From IMG/VR virus record IMGVR_UViG_3300029171_000022, positions 1 through 39,663 of that record: a DNA stretch of 39,663 nt. One strand, given 5' to 3'. The translations under genes were made by a program, and so were the position numbers. The stretch comes from a virus (taxonomy: Duplodnaviria; Caudoviricetes). Below, piece by piece: positions 1-9,951 of the stretch. The notes under the pieces were generated by a model. It worked only from the letters and a program-made list of their open reading frames with translations. It had not been told where the DNA came from and made no database searches. The stretch's first letter is position 1, and every line of letters begins with the position of its first letter.

Positions 1-17
1 GTTTCCCAGTCACGATC
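1..17 (+). other. SISPA/random-amplification primer (untrimmed, non-biological)
   Basis: Exact GTTTCCCAGTCACGATC, the widely used SISPA primer tag; its reverse complement ends the contig. Confidence 0.95.
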
Positions 18-230
18 TCGGGTGGTGGTGGGGGTGGTGGCGCTGCTGGTGCAACTCCACAGGCCCAACTTGAAAAACCACAGCTGGATGAAGACAAGAA
101 AAAATCAGTGACAATCCAAGTTCAAGGAAACTATTTTGAAACAGAACAATCAAGGATGAGAATTCTTGAAATGACAAGGGAAGCAACTGATGCAACTGAT
201 TTCAAATATCAACAAATTGGGGTGAGATAA
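18..230 (+). CDS. Tape measure protein, C-terminal fragment (partial)
   Basis: Open frame GGGGGGGAAGATPQAQLEKP...VTIQVQGNYF...QQIGVR with TAA at 228-230 abutting the ATG at 231; Gly-rich linker plus short beta-rich tail; TMP runs off the other end of the contig. Confidence 0.8.
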   Translation, partial: SGGGGGGGAAGATPQAQLEKPQLDEDKKKSVTIQVQGNYFETEQSRMRILEMTREATDATDFKYQQIGVR

Positions 231-995
231 ATGGCACTCAAATCAAAATCATTATTTTTATTTAGTTATAAAATCACAGCAACAAACAGATCTCTGGATT
301 TCAGAGCTGTTTCTTTTGGTGCAATTCTTTTGGCCCAGCTCAGAATTGGTGAATATTCACTGACTGATCTTTTGGCTGAAATAAAAAGAGCCATGGAAGC
401 TGTTGATCCATTAAGAATCTACACTCCCACAGCTGACAGGACTGTCAATGGTGGGACTGAGAACAGAATCTCCATTGCAACCAATGGAGCTTATCTTGAC
501 TTGCTTTTTGCCACTGGCCCAAGAGTTGGATCTTCTGTGGCTCCCATCATAGGATTTGCAGCTGTGGACAGAGTTGGGGGAGTCTCTTATCAGGGGACTC
601 TCTCAACTGGCATTTCATTGATTCCAGAAGAGTGGGGTTTCAATTACCTTGGCCCAAGAAACATGAAAGATGTGATTGGGGTGGTGAGTGAATCAGCAAA
701 TGGAAGAAAAGAAACCATGGTGTGGGGGATCAAAGAATTTTCTCAGGTTGAGTTTAAGCGTGAACCAGAAGCCAAGACTTTTTTTGAGTGGGAACCATTC
801 TGGATCTGGGCCATCAATCAACACCCATTTGAGTTCACACCAGAAATTTCTTCACCAAATTATTTTTTCAATGTAACTTTGGAAACAACATCAGCAAGTG
901 GAAAAGGGATGGGCTACAAAATGACAGAAATGCTTCCAGACTTTCCTTTTCAATATCAAACAGGTCTCATGAAGATGAGATTGAAGGTGGTTTAA
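231..995 (+). CDS. Putative distal tail (Dit-like) protein
   Basis: 254 aa directly after the tape measure; assigned by synteny only. Confidence 0.5.
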   Translation: MALKSKSLFLFSYKITATNRSLDFRAVSFGAILLAQLRIGEYSLTDLLAEIKRAMEAVDPLRIYTPTADRTVNGGTENRISIATNGAYLDLLFATGPRVGSSVAPIIGFAAVDRVGGVSYQGTLSTGISLIPEEWGFNYLGPRNMKDVIGVVSESANGRKETMVWGIKEFSQVEFKREPEAKTFFEWEPFWIWAINQHPFEFTPEISSPNYFFNVTLETTSASGKGMGYKMTEMLPDFPFQYQTGLMKMRLKVV

Positions 996-996
996 A

Positions 997-3900
997 ATGC
1001 CAAGTGGAATTATAGATGGACAACCAGTTGATCAAGCAAATTCAAATCCAGCGTGGATTGCTGCCAATGGGGATGACGAAGCTCTTGGAAAAATAAAGCT
1101 GAATGATCAGGATCTGAGTCTTGTCTCTGGCCCAGCCATTGACAACATTCAGAGAGAGCACAATTCATCTGCAAGCTTTCTTGGAAAAGCAATCAATGCA
1201 ATCAAGAACCTTTTGCCATCATGGACTTCAGATCAGGGATTTGTTGCAAATCAAGATGTCTATACAAGGGTTGATGGGATCAGCAACAAGTTCAAAACTG
1301 TTGGTGGCCACTCACACAACCCACTGGTGGCTGGTGATGGATCAGAGATTCAAGCAGCTTCAATTGGAGCTGTAAGGCTTGCAGCGCTTATCCAACAGGG
1401 TGTGAATATTATTGGAGCCACTGGAACATCTTCAAACATCTCAGCCCAGTTTGCTCTTAAAAACCCATCCAACGCACAAACTGTCAAAGGGGTGGTTGTC
1501 AATGCTCCACAAAATATGGTGGTGCTCAGACAGGCTGTGGGAGCCAACCAAGGGGATTCATTCTTGGATGGTGCTGGGAACATAGTTTATGGAAGAGTCA
1601 CTGAAGCTGCTGGGGTGTGGACACTTAGCTTCTATTCTCTGGTTGGTGCTGTTGAAACTGCTTTCAACTTTGCAGCTCCAACAGATATTGGTTTTTATTA
1701 TCAAGAAATTTTCAATCCACTGACTGATGGGCCAGTTTACAATGCGGCTCTTTTCATTCCTTCAGACAACACCACAGCTGATGTTGTGGATGCTTCACCA
1801 ACTCAAAGGGGGGTGGTGAGCACTGGAGCACAATCTTTTGCTGGTGATAAAACAATGCAAGGATCTTTGGAGCTACAATCAAAGCTTCTTGCAAGCAATC
1901 AAGCAAACAACCAATCTGGGACAAATGTCACATTGACAGTTCCATTGGCTCCAATTGTTCTTCTCACAAATGCTGGCCTAGTCTCTGTTTCAAATATCGC
2001 TCCCCCCTTGGCTGGCCAGCTTTTTGTTTTAATAAATAAAACAGGTGGGGATGTTGTTCTCAACAATTTGAATGTGGCAGCTGGTGACATTATCACTGGG
2101 ACTGGTTCAAATTATACTTTAAAAAACAACTCATCAGTTTTGATGACTTATGATTTCACAAACTCAAGATGGTCTTTGTCTGGTGCAACTCCAGCAATTT
2201 TGGCCACTGTTTTTGGGAGCACTCCAAATGCAAATGGTTATTCTTACAATGTGGCCACTGGTGCATTTGAACTTCAACCAGCATCAGCATCTTTTGCTGG
2301 GGGTGTGAACACTCTTGGCCAAGAGTTCGCTGGTGAAAAAAGATTCATTACTGGTGTGGCTTTCCAAGTGGGAACAGATTCAACAACCACTGGATCTGAT
2401 CAAACAATTGATGGTGGGACTGTTGGAGTTTTGAAGCTCACAAATGTTGGCCTTGTCAGCGTGAACTTGATTCAAAGATTTAATGACACAGCAAAGCTGC
2501 TGGTGTTGATGAATTCCACTGGTGTGGCCATCATCTTGAAGAACCTTGTGGGGACTGAGACTGGGACAGCAAAACAAATCAGAACTGGGACATCTGTGGA
2601 TCTCTCTGTGGCTGATGGAGCTGCTGTCATTTTGGTTTATGATGAAGTGTCTGACAAGTGGCAAGTTGTGGGTGGTTCAGGATCTGGATCAACATCTTCT
2701 GGAATAAATTATCTTTCAACTTTCACTCCAGCAATCACAAAAAACACTGTGGCAGCTACAACACCAGATCTGACTTTTGTATCTGGTGGAACCAACATCA
2801 CTTTTGCACTCTCTGGGGTGTTGCCTTTGAGGGGTGCAGATTCTTGGGTTCTGACAAAGGATGCAGCAAACAGACAAGGCGAGCAAGTCATCCTTCCATG
2901 GACTCTTGAAAGAGCTGATGTCGCCAAGGTCTTGAGAAATATTTGTGACTATGCTGTGGCCAGTGGAACTTATGCTGATGGTGATGTTGGGGTTTATGTT
3001 GCATTCTACAATGGAGCTTCATGGGCACTCGTGAACAACACTCCAATCAACATTTTGAACTCAGCGCTTCCATCTGAAATCTATCAAACAGAATTCCAAA
3101 CAAATGGAACAACCACAAACACGCTTTACAGATTGATTTTACATATTCAGTCAACCAGTGCTCTGGCTTATTCATTGAAGTTTGACAACTTCCAGCTTGG
3201 GCCAAATCCAAGAATTTTGACTGGTTTGATTGTTGATGAAAAACTTTATGTCCCAGCAACAACACAAGGCTTTGGTGTTCCAACTGGGTTTGAATTATTC
3301 CAGTCAATGGTGGGTGAAAAATTAAAAGTCAGAGGCAGATTCACACTTGGAGTGACCACAGCTGTGACTGCAAGGCTTGATCTACCAACTGGTTTTGTTA
3401 TAAAAAGCGGGATCAACAATTCAAATGTTGGGACTTTCGCAAGGGGTGGAGCACACACCAACAAGGGTGGTTTTGTTCTTGCTGGGGGTGGAAGCGGTTT
3501 TGTGAACTTCACAACTTCTGATGTGATTGGGAGCACTGTGGCTGATTCAACATCCAACGCTGATGGAACCGCCGTTGGAAACTCTGGCGAGATTATATTT
3601 ATTGAGTTTGAAGTCCCAATCCAAGGTGCTGGATCTTCACAAATTGTGGATGATGGATTTGCATCAAGATCAATTGGTTTTGCTGCTTCAATAAACACAG
3701 CTCCAGCCATTGGGTTTGGAGCATTTGCAAATGTTCCATTTAATGTCATTGAAGATGACACTGTTGCTGGTTGGAATGGGACACAGTATGTTGTGAAGTC
3801 AGCTGGAAGATATGCAATGAAAGCGGCTCTCCAGCCAGCTTTGGCCAGTTGGACACTTGGAAGATATATCATAATTGCAATTTACAGAAACAATGTTCAG

Positions 3901-4554
3901 TTAAGAACGAAAGCAATTTACATTCAATTCACTGGTGTTCAAGATCCAAATGCAATTGAGATTGCAGATCTTGATATTCCATGTGTGGCTGGAGATCTTC
4001 TTGAGATAAGAACAATCACAAATGAAGCTGCTGGAAGGCTTATCACTGTTGCACCAGCTGAAAATTATGTTTCTATAATTAAGAACCAGACACAGAATCA
4101 GGTTGTTGCTGCTGATAAAACAAATGCGGTTTATAAAACAGCAGCTGGTCAATCAATCCCAGACAGCTCTTTGACAATTGTAGATTTTGAAACACCAGAG
4201 ATTGCCAGCAATTCTGGCCTTGTCACAGTTGGTGCAGCTTGGAAGTTTACAGCCAATGAAGCTGCTGATTTTGATGTTTCTGCTTTCTTGGCTTTCAGCA
4301 ATGGTGGTGGGTGGGCAGCTGCTGATAATGCTGAAGTCCATCTATTTAAAAATGGCTCTTCATTTGCGCTGTTGAGTTTTGTGGGGGGACAGGCAACTCA
4401 CACAAACTTTGTTGGACTCCCATGCTCAACAAGACAGGTAAGTCTTCTTGTTGGAGAGTATATTGACATAAGGGTGCAGCAACAAAGTGGTGCAGCATTG
4501 TCATTGATTGCGTCTTTGGCTTATAATTGGGTTTCTATCAAGAAGGTGAAATAA
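997..4554 (+). CDS. Tail fibre / receptor-binding protein
   Basis: 1185 aa, G/T/S/N-rich; duplicated internal module (GVVSTGAQSFAGDK...LTNAGLVSV...YD...W twice); two C1q/TNF-like jelly-roll-looking C-terminal domains. Confidence 0.8.
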   Translation: MPSGIIDGQPVDQANSNPAWIAANGDDEALGKIKLNDQDLSLVSGPAIDNIQREHNSSASFLGKAINAIKNLLPSWTSDQGFVANQDVYTRVDGISNKFKTVGGHSHNPLVAGDGSEIQAASIGAVRLAALIQQGVNIIGATGTSSNISAQFALKNPSNAQTVKGVVVNAPQNMVVLRQAVGANQGDSFLDGAGNIVYGRVTEAAGVWTLSFYSLVGAVETAFNFAAPTDIGFYYQEIFNPLTDGPVYNAALFIPSDNTTADVVDASPTQRGVVSTGAQSFAGDKTMQGSLELQSKLLASNQANNQSGTNVTLTVPLAPIVLLTNAGLVSVSNIAPPLAGQLFVLINKTGGDVVLNNLNVAAGDIITGTGSNYTLKNNSSVLMTYDFTNSRWSLSGATPAILATVFGSTPNANGYSYNVATGAFELQPASASFAGGVNTLGQEFAGEKRFITGVAFQVGTDSTTTGSDQTIDGGTVGVLKLTNVGLVSVNLIQRFNDTAKLLVLMNSTGVAIILKNLVGTETGTAKQIRTGTSVDLSVADGAAVILVYDEVSDKWQVVGGSGSGSTSSGINYLSTFTPAITKNTVAATTPDLTFVSGGTNITFALSGVLPLRGADSWVLTKDAANRQGEQVILPWTLERADVAKVLRNICDYAVASGTYADGDVGVYVAFYNGASWALVNNTPINILNSALPSEIYQTEFQTNGTTTNTLYRLILHIQSTSALAYSLKFDNFQLGPNPRILTGLIVDEKLYVPATTQGFGVPTGFELFQSMVGEKLKVRGRFTLGVTTAVTARLDLPTGFVIKSGINNSNVGTFARGGAHTNKGGFVLAGGGSGFVNFTTSDVIGSTVADSTSNADGTAVGNSGEIIFIEFEVPIQGAGSSQIVDDGFASRSIGFAASINTAPAIGFGAFANVPFNVIEDDTVAGWNGTQYVVKSAGRYAMKAALQPALASWTLGRYIIIAIYRNNVQLRTKAIYIQFTGVQDPNAIEIADLDIPCVAGDLLEIRTITNEAAGRLITVAPAENYVSIIKNQTQNQVVAADKTNAVYKTAAGQSIPDSSLTIVDFETPEIASNSGLVTVGAAWKFTANEAADFDVSAFLAFSNGGGWAAADNAEVHLFKNGSSFALLSFVGGQATHTNFVGLPCSTRQVSLLVGEYIDIRVQQQSGAALSLIASLAYNWVSIKKVK

Positions 4555-4556
4555 AT

Positions 4557-5129
4557 ATGATAAAAGTTGAAATCAAAAACAAAGCAAGTCAGCAGATCAC
4601 TAACATGAATTTTTGTGTTGATCAATCTTCTGCTCTTGCATGGGTTGCTGAAGTTTCTCCATCTGGTGCATTTGGAAAACCACAAAGATGGCTGAAAGAG
4701 TCTGAATTCACAACTGAAACAATTGCTGGCTCAATTGAATCAAGAGTCATTCATGGTGTTGGTGAGCAAGCTGATGTGATTCAATACAGATTTGAAGATG
4801 ATTTTGAAATCATCATGACAGATGTTTCTAATGAATTGGCACTAAAGAAAAGAGTCAGTGACAGAAAAAAGAAAAGAGAATTTGGCGCTTTGATCTCTGA
4901 CAAAATTGCAGCAATAAATGAAGTCAAGCAATTGTCAAATGATCAGGTGGATGCATTCATGAATAATTCTATTGTGAAAAATTTGAAAGAACATTTGATG
5001 GCTGGAAACATTGACACATTTGTTTCAAGATTGACAGCTGCTGATGTTTCATATTTCTTCACAGCTTCAGAAAAAAAATCAGTGGTTGATGAGTGTAATA
5101 GCTTTTTAAACAGCATTCAGGGGGGATGA
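4557..5129 (+). CDS. Putative tail fibre assembly chaperone
   Basis: Start refined to ATG 4557 (MIKVEIKN); follows the fibre; helical C-terminal half resembles the 23436-23861 product. Confidence 0.55.
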   Translation: MIKVEIKNKASQQITNMNFCVDQSSALAWVAEVSPSGAFGKPQRWLKESEFTTETIAGSIESRVIHGVGEQADVIQYRFEDDFEIIMTDVSNELALKKRVSDRKKKREFGALISDKIAAINEVKQLSNDQVDAFMNNSIVKNLKEHLMAGNIDTFVSRLTAADVSYFFTASEKKSVVDECNSFLNSIQGG

Positions 5130-5446
5130 TGAGCGCAGATGAAATTGCAAAATATTTGCTTCTTGGTCTGATTTCAGTTCTGTTTTTTCTCATTGTGGTC
5201 TTGGCCAAGGCTGGAGCCACTGGGTTGATTGAATGGTTCAAATCATTCCTTGAGGAGTTTAAGCGCTTAAGGATTCAAATGCAAGAGCTGAACAGCAAGC
5301 TGGCTGAAATCCTAAGTGAACAGGGTGGGATCAAAAAATCAGTTGAAACCCATGATCATCAGATTGAAAATTTGTTTGAAAGAATATCTGAAATTGAAAA
5401 AAAAGATGCAGCAAGAGCTGCTGTTGGAGCTGAAGTTGGTCACTAA
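5126..5446 (+). CDS. Membrane protein with one N-terminal TM helix and a coiled coil (XhlA/holin-like)
   Basis: YLLLGLISVLFFLIVVLA hydrophobic helix, then heptads ending HQIENLFERISEIEK. Confidence 0.55.
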   Translation: MMSADEIAKYLLLGLISVLFFLIVVLAKAGATGLIEWFKSFLEEFKRLRIQMQELNSKLAEILSEQGGIKKSVETHDHQIENLFERISEIEKKDAARAAVGAEVGH

Positions 5447-8174
5447 TTATCCAGAAGCTTTTTTATTGGAGAACAGAAAACCCACCAAAAGACTCAATGT
5501 GGTTGTTGAAATTGAAGGTTATGCCAACAAATTTTCTGCTGTCCCAACCTTCAAGACTCCAAGGTATGGTGATGCTGGTTTGGTTTATGGCCCAACTGGT
5601 TTGGTTTATGGTGGGCTGATCCCAGACTCAGACGTGCTGCCACTTCTTTCACTTGGATCTGGTTTGAATATTTCTCAGAAGACAGAACCAGAACAGGGGA
5701 GATCATCATCATCAACACTGAGTCTTGAGTTTTTGGATGTGGATGGGTTCATGACAAACTTCATTTCACCAAGCCAACAGCTTGATGAGATCCTTGGTGG
5801 AAGACAATTCAAAGTGAGACTTGGCTATCAGAACACATCTTATCCTGAAGATTATTATGTGGTTTTCAGAGGCTATGCATCAGACACAATTTCAACTCCA
5901 ACAAAAGTTGTGATCCAGTTGACAGATGCAAATCTAAAAAGAAGGAATCAAATATTTTTTGTTGGAAAAACTCAGATCAAAAGAGTTGTGAAAAACTTTC
6001 TTCCAGCAGATGTTGACATCATCAATGACAAGTTTGTGATTGCTGGACATGGACTTCAAAACAACATGGCCATCAACTTCAACACAGATTCATCACTTCC
6101 ATCTCCAATCCTAACTGCAACAAATTATTTTGTTGTCAATGCCACAGTGGGTGACTTCCAAGTTTCAACCAGTGAAGGTGGCCCAGCTGAAAATCTCACA
6201 TCCATTGGATCTGGGACATTGCAATTTGTTTTGATTGATATTGGCCCAACAGCCACTGTCATTCCACTTTATAAAGTTGAAGGATTCCTTGATCCAATCC
6301 TTGGGCCTGATGGAACCTATGATCCAACATTCACTGGGGTGTTGAGAGTTGGTTCAGAGCTTATGACTTATGCTCAGAACGCAATTGATCCAGTGGCCTT
6401 GACCATCACTGTCCAGCGTGGCCAGCGTGGAACTGTGGCTGAAGCTCATGCTTCAGATGATGAGGCTGATGCTGCTTTTATTTTAAAAGGAAACTTGATT
6501 GATCTTGCATTGAAAACTCAGCTCTCTGGGTGGAATGGAAGATGGATTGATGATCAGATTGTGAACTCTTTTGGAATCACCAATGATCCACAACTTGGTG
6601 TGATTTCAAATTCAGCCACGCTTCCAGATGGAAAAGATGCTGTGGAAGATTATGGGATGGCTGTGGGTGATTATTTTTATCAGAACTCTGGCCCAAATGC
6701 TGGGACTTATATTGTCTCAGGATTTTTGGACTCATTAAAAACACCAAACAAGGTCATTCTCTTTGAGACAAATGTCACAGCCAATGAATTCCCAGTTGCT
6801 GGAACATTTGGACTGAGGTCACAGTTTGACACTCTCCCACTTGCTGCTGGCCAGAAGATGAGACCACTGGATCTTGATGTTGCTGCTTTTCAATTGTCAA
6901 AAGCCAGATATGCATTCCAAGCTGATTGCACTTTTGAATTCTTAATCAACACCCCTGAATCATTAAAAGAATGGATTGAGAAAGAATTGTTTCTCCCAGT
7001 GGGTGGATATTCAGTCACCAGATTTGGAAGGTTGAGTTGTGCATTCACAAAGCCACCACTGGCTTCACAGAATCTTGTGACTTTAAACCAAGCAAATGTC
7101 ATCAACCCACAGAGCATCATTGTCCAGCGTGGTTTGAATTCAAGAAAATATTTCTCTGAAGTTCAATATTATTATGATCAAGATGTTGATGGTGAGTTCA
7201 CAAATGTTTTGAAAAGGCTTGCAACAGATGCAGTGTCATTGACAAAGACATCTGTTGTTCTTCCAATCAATGCAAAAGGACTAAGAACAGAACTCAGCGC
7301 TGACACATTCATTGACAGACGTGCTTCATATATTTTGGCCAGATATAAAAATGCAGCTTACACAATCAGAATGGAGTTGAACTTTGAAGCAATTGCTCAG
7401 ATTGAGGCTTCAGATGTTGTTGCTGTTGTTGATCGGGGGGGGTTGATGATTGCCAACCTTGACACTGGAGAACGTGATCTTGAGGCCCAGCTCTTTGAAG
7501 TCATTGAAACTTCAAAATCTCTTGGTGAAGGAAAGGGGACAGTGACTCTTCTCTCACAAATTGGCTATCAGATCACAGACAGATTTAGTGCAATTTCTCC
7601 ATCATCTGAAATCACTGGTGGGACAACTTCAGTAATTCTTTTCAAAGATTCTTTTGGCGCATTATATCCCAATGCAGAATTTAAAAAATGGCTGGAGATT
7701 ATTGGGGAGCTGATCAAGATTCATTCTCCAGATTATTCATTCAGTGAAGAGGTGACTTTGCTTGGCTTTGATGGATCTGATCCATATAAAATGCTGATAA
7801 GCCCACCGCTTTCCATGGCTCCACAAGCTGGCTGGATCATTGACTGTGCTGATTATCCAAACAGTCCAAACCCAAATGAGCAAGCAATCACAAAGCTTTT
7901 ATATTCATCAATTGATCCCACAATTGGTGTGGTGGGTGGAACCAGCACCACTGTTTTCACCATAGATCCACTCAGAGCTGCTGAAGTGATTGCTGCCCAG
8001 TTTGTTTTTGTGAGATCTGCTGACTTCAGTCTTGTGTCTTCAGAGTCTGAAATTGACAGTGTGGTTGGCAATGTGGTCACATTAAAAACAGCAATTGAGT
8101 TCATCCCATCAGCTGGTCAATTCTTGGAATTGATTGGATTTATTGATGGTAAGGGTGCTTACAGAATATTATAA
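5436..8174 (+). CDS. Large tail tip/hub (central tail) protein
   Basis: Likely TTG start at 5436 after GGAG (track ORF starts 5316); ~912 aa in the tail module; VRLGY...VFRGY hub-like N-terminus; VQRGQRGTVAEAH tail motif. Confidence 0.7.
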   Translation: MVTNYPEAFLLENRKPTKRLNVVVEIEGYANKFSAVPTFKTPRYGDAGLVYGPTGLVYGGLIPDSDVLPLLSLGSGLNISQKTEPEQGRSSSSTLSLEFLDVDGFMTNFISPSQQLDEILGGRQFKVRLGYQNTSYPEDYYVVFRGYASDTISTPTKVVIQLTDANLKRRNQIFFVGKTQIKRVVKNFLPADVDIINDKFVIAGHGLQNNMAINFNTDSSLPSPILTATNYFVVNATVGDFQVSTSEGGPAENLTSIGSGTLQFVLIDIGPTATVIPLYKVEGFLDPILGPDGTYDPTFTGVLRVGSELMTYAQNAIDPVALTITVQRGQRGTVAEAHASDDEADAAFILKGNLIDLALKTQLSGWNGRWIDDQIVNSFGITNDPQLGVISNSATLPDGKDAVEDYGMAVGDYFYQNSGPNAGTYIVSGFLDSLKTPNKVILFETNVTANEFPVAGTFGLRSQFDTLPLAAGQKMRPLDLDVAAFQLSKARYAFQADCTFEFLINTPESLKEWIEKELFLPVGGYSVTRFGRLSCAFTKPPLASQNLVTLNQANVINPQSIIVQRGLNSRKYFSEVQYYYDQDVDGEFTNVLKRLATDAVSLTKTSVVLPINAKGLRTELSADTFIDRRASYILARYKNAAYTIRMELNFEAIAQIEASDVVAVVDRGGLMIANLDTGERDLEAQLFEVIETSKSLGEGKGTVTLLSQIGYQITDRFSAISPSSEITGGTTSVILFKDSFGALYPNAEFKKWLEIIGELIKIHSPDYSFSEEVTLLGFDGSDPYKMLISPPLSMAPQAGWIIDCADYPNSPNPNEQAITKLLYSSIDPTIGVVGGTSTTVFTIDPLRAAEVIAAQFVFVRSADFSLVSSESEIDSVVGNVVTLKTAIEFIPSAGQFLELIGFIDGKGAYRIL

Positions 8175-8189
8175 ACAAAGGATTGAATC

Positions 8190-8720
8190 ATGACAGCAGT
8201 TCCAAATTCAGATCAGCTTGGACAGCTCCAAGAATCACAAACCAGAAATCCAGTTTCTGAAGCCTTGATCCAAGGAATGCAAGGTGTGAGAAATTTCTTT
8301 TTAAGATTCAACCATGTTGAAATAAGATTCAACATGAATGGGCCTTATAAAAGTTTTGGTGGAAAAATTGGAGTTGATGGAGTTTTTCGTTTTCCCTACA
8401 ATTCCACAATTGTTGCAATTGAAATTGTGAATGCTGGGGTGGGAACATCTGGACAAACTGAGATTGATTTCAAAAAAGCTTCCAACCCACAAGGGGTGTG
8501 GTCAACAATTTTCACCACCACTGGGAAAATCACATCATCAGCATTGGCTTTTGCATTTGCAAATCTCAACACAAATTCAGCTGGAACTGTGAAGCCTGTG
8601 ATGATCACCACCCCATTCAATGTCAATGCTGGAGATTATTTCAGAATGGATGTTCCAACCACAATGGATGGCAATCCAACAAATTTAAGTGTCTCAATCA
8701 TTTACAAATTAAGACTTTAA
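8190..8720 (+). CDS. Minor tail/virion protein
   Basis: 176 aa beta-rich, AGDYFRMDV-type C-terminal motif; position in tail module. Confidence 0.5.
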   Translation: MTAVPNSDQLGQLQESQTRNPVSEALIQGMQGVRNFFLRFNHVEIRFNMNGPYKSFGGKIGVDGVFRFPYNSTIVAIEIVNAGVGTSGQTEIDFKKASNPQGVWSTIFTTTGKITSSALAFAFANLNTNSAGTVKPVMITTPFNVNAGDYFRMDVPTTMDGNPTNLSVSIIYKLRL

Positions 8721-8732
8721 TCGGGGGAAAAT

Positions 8733-9218
8733 ATGTCAACAGGTTTCACGCTTCCAACAGCTATCACAAAAAGAACCAAGACTTTGAATCTTGGAGCTGT
8801 GTCAAATGATGTTATTTACACTTGCCCAGCAAACTGCATTGCAGATGTTTATTTGAGTGATCTTTCTCATGGGAACATTGGTGGTTTTTTTGCACTAAAT
8901 TCAATAAATTTAGTCAGAGCTGGTGGCCCAGTAGCAAATGTCATTCCAGTGGCTCCAGCACAAAACATTATCGGAGCCACTAACTATCCTGTTATTTTGG
9001 GGGGTGGGGACACAATCACGCCACAGCCCAATGCAAATTCCAATGCTGTTGTTGGCAATGATACGGCAAATGTTGTTGGAGCAAGCACAGATGGCAACTC
9101 AACAAAATTTGGCTCAGTTTTAAGATTATTCCCAAATGATTTTTTGGTGGCCAACTATAATGGAATTTCATCAACAGCTGTTTTAGTTTATTCAACAATT
9201 GAAACATTTGGAACATAA
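8733..9218 (+). CDS. Minor virion protein (hypothetical)
   Basis: 161 aa with IYTCPAN motif, beta-rich; GGGG SD upstream. Confidence 0.45.
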   Translation: MSTGFTLPTAITKRTKTLNLGAVSNDVIYTCPANCIADVYLSDLSHGNIGGFFALNSINLVRAGGPVANVIPVAPAQNIIGATNYPVILGGGDTITPQPNANSNAVVGNDTANVVGASTDGNSTKFGSVLRLFPNDFLVANYNGISSTAVLVYSTIETFGT

Positions 9219-9752
9219 ATGGGATTTCAAGAAGCATTCAAAAAAATATTAGTTGTTGAAGGTGAGATCTACACAAACAGAGCAGCTGACAGGGGTGGCC
9301 CAACAAAGTTTGGAATCACCCAGAAAACTCTGGAAGCGTGGAGAAACAGACCATGCACCCCCAAGGATGTTGAATTCATGCTCATTGGTGAAGCTGAAGA
9401 GATTTATGAATCAATGTTCTGGAATCACAATCTTCTGGATCACGTTAAAAATGAAACCATTGCTGACATTTTGTTTGACCAGTATGTGAACAGATCACCA
9501 GCTGGGGTGACAAGACAGATTCAAAGAGCGCTGATTGGCCAAGGCTTCAAAGTTGAAGCTGATGGGATCATTGGGGTTCAGACAATAAATGCAATCAACC
9601 AAGCTGATCCTGTGAAGTTTGGCGTGGCATTTGTCAAAGAGTCTCAAGATTTTTATGTGAAGATTTGCCAGAAAGATCCATCACAGCTGGCCAACTTGGG
9701 TGGGTGGATCAATAGAACTCAAGCCATCCTTGATGACATTTTAAACCACTAG
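9219..9752 (+). CDS. Endolysin, glycoside hydrolase family 108 with C-terminal PG-binding domain
   Basis: EG..TNRAADRGGPTKFGIT matches the GH108 EGGY.N...D.GG.T..GIT motif; C-terminal GW.NR motif. Confidence 0.9.
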   Translation: MGFQEAFKKILVVEGEIYTNRAADRGGPTKFGITQKTLEAWRNRPCTPKDVEFMLIGEAEEIYESMFWNHNLLDHVKNETIADILFDQYVNRSPAGVTRQIQRALIGQGFKVEADGIIGVQTINAINQADPVKFGVAFVKESQDFYVKICQKDPSQLANLGGWINRTQAILDDILNH

Positions 9753-9762
9753 GGGGTGGATC

Positions 9763-9951
9763 ATGAAAAACATTTGGAAGGACAGAAGATTTGCTTTGGG
9801 AATGACTGGAATGGCCATGCTTTTTTTCTTGGCCCACAGTCAGGGTGTTGAAGCAACCAAAGCTGTGGCGCTGTCAATTGCTGGAATTGTTGCTGGGATC
9901 GCTGGTGCAAATGCTTATGAAAAGAAGGGGAAAAAAGATGATCAAAGCTAG
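9763..9951 (+). CDS. Putative holin
   Basis: 62 aa, two hydrophobic helices, basic C-terminal tail, adjacent to the endolysin; GGGGGTG SD. Confidence 0.65.
   Translation: MKNIWKDRRFALGMTGMAMLFFLAHSQGVEATKAVALSIAGIVAGIAGANAYEKKGKKDDQS

Noticed and set aside
1-17. Terminal inverted repeat suggesting a protein-primed linear genome or transposon
   Set aside because: Identical to the SISPA primer; ends fall within a gene; no protein-primed polymerase or transposase.
20-40. G-rich run as a G-quadruplex or repeat
   Set aside because: Explained by poly-Gly codons of the TMP linker.
3246-3872. Long antisense ORFs in the track (208 aa here and many others)
   Set aside because: Shadows of real genes; TA depletion removes TAA/TAG stops and inflates off-frame ORFs.
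997-4554. Diversity-generating retroelement targeting the fibres
   Set aside because: No reverse transcriptase and no near-identical TR/VR pair seen.
5576-5612. Direct repeat CTGGTTTGGTTTATGG twice (also CCAGCGTGG twice near 6413-6430)
   Set aside because: In-frame peptide repeats (GLVYG, QRG); only two copies, no spacers, not CRISPR.
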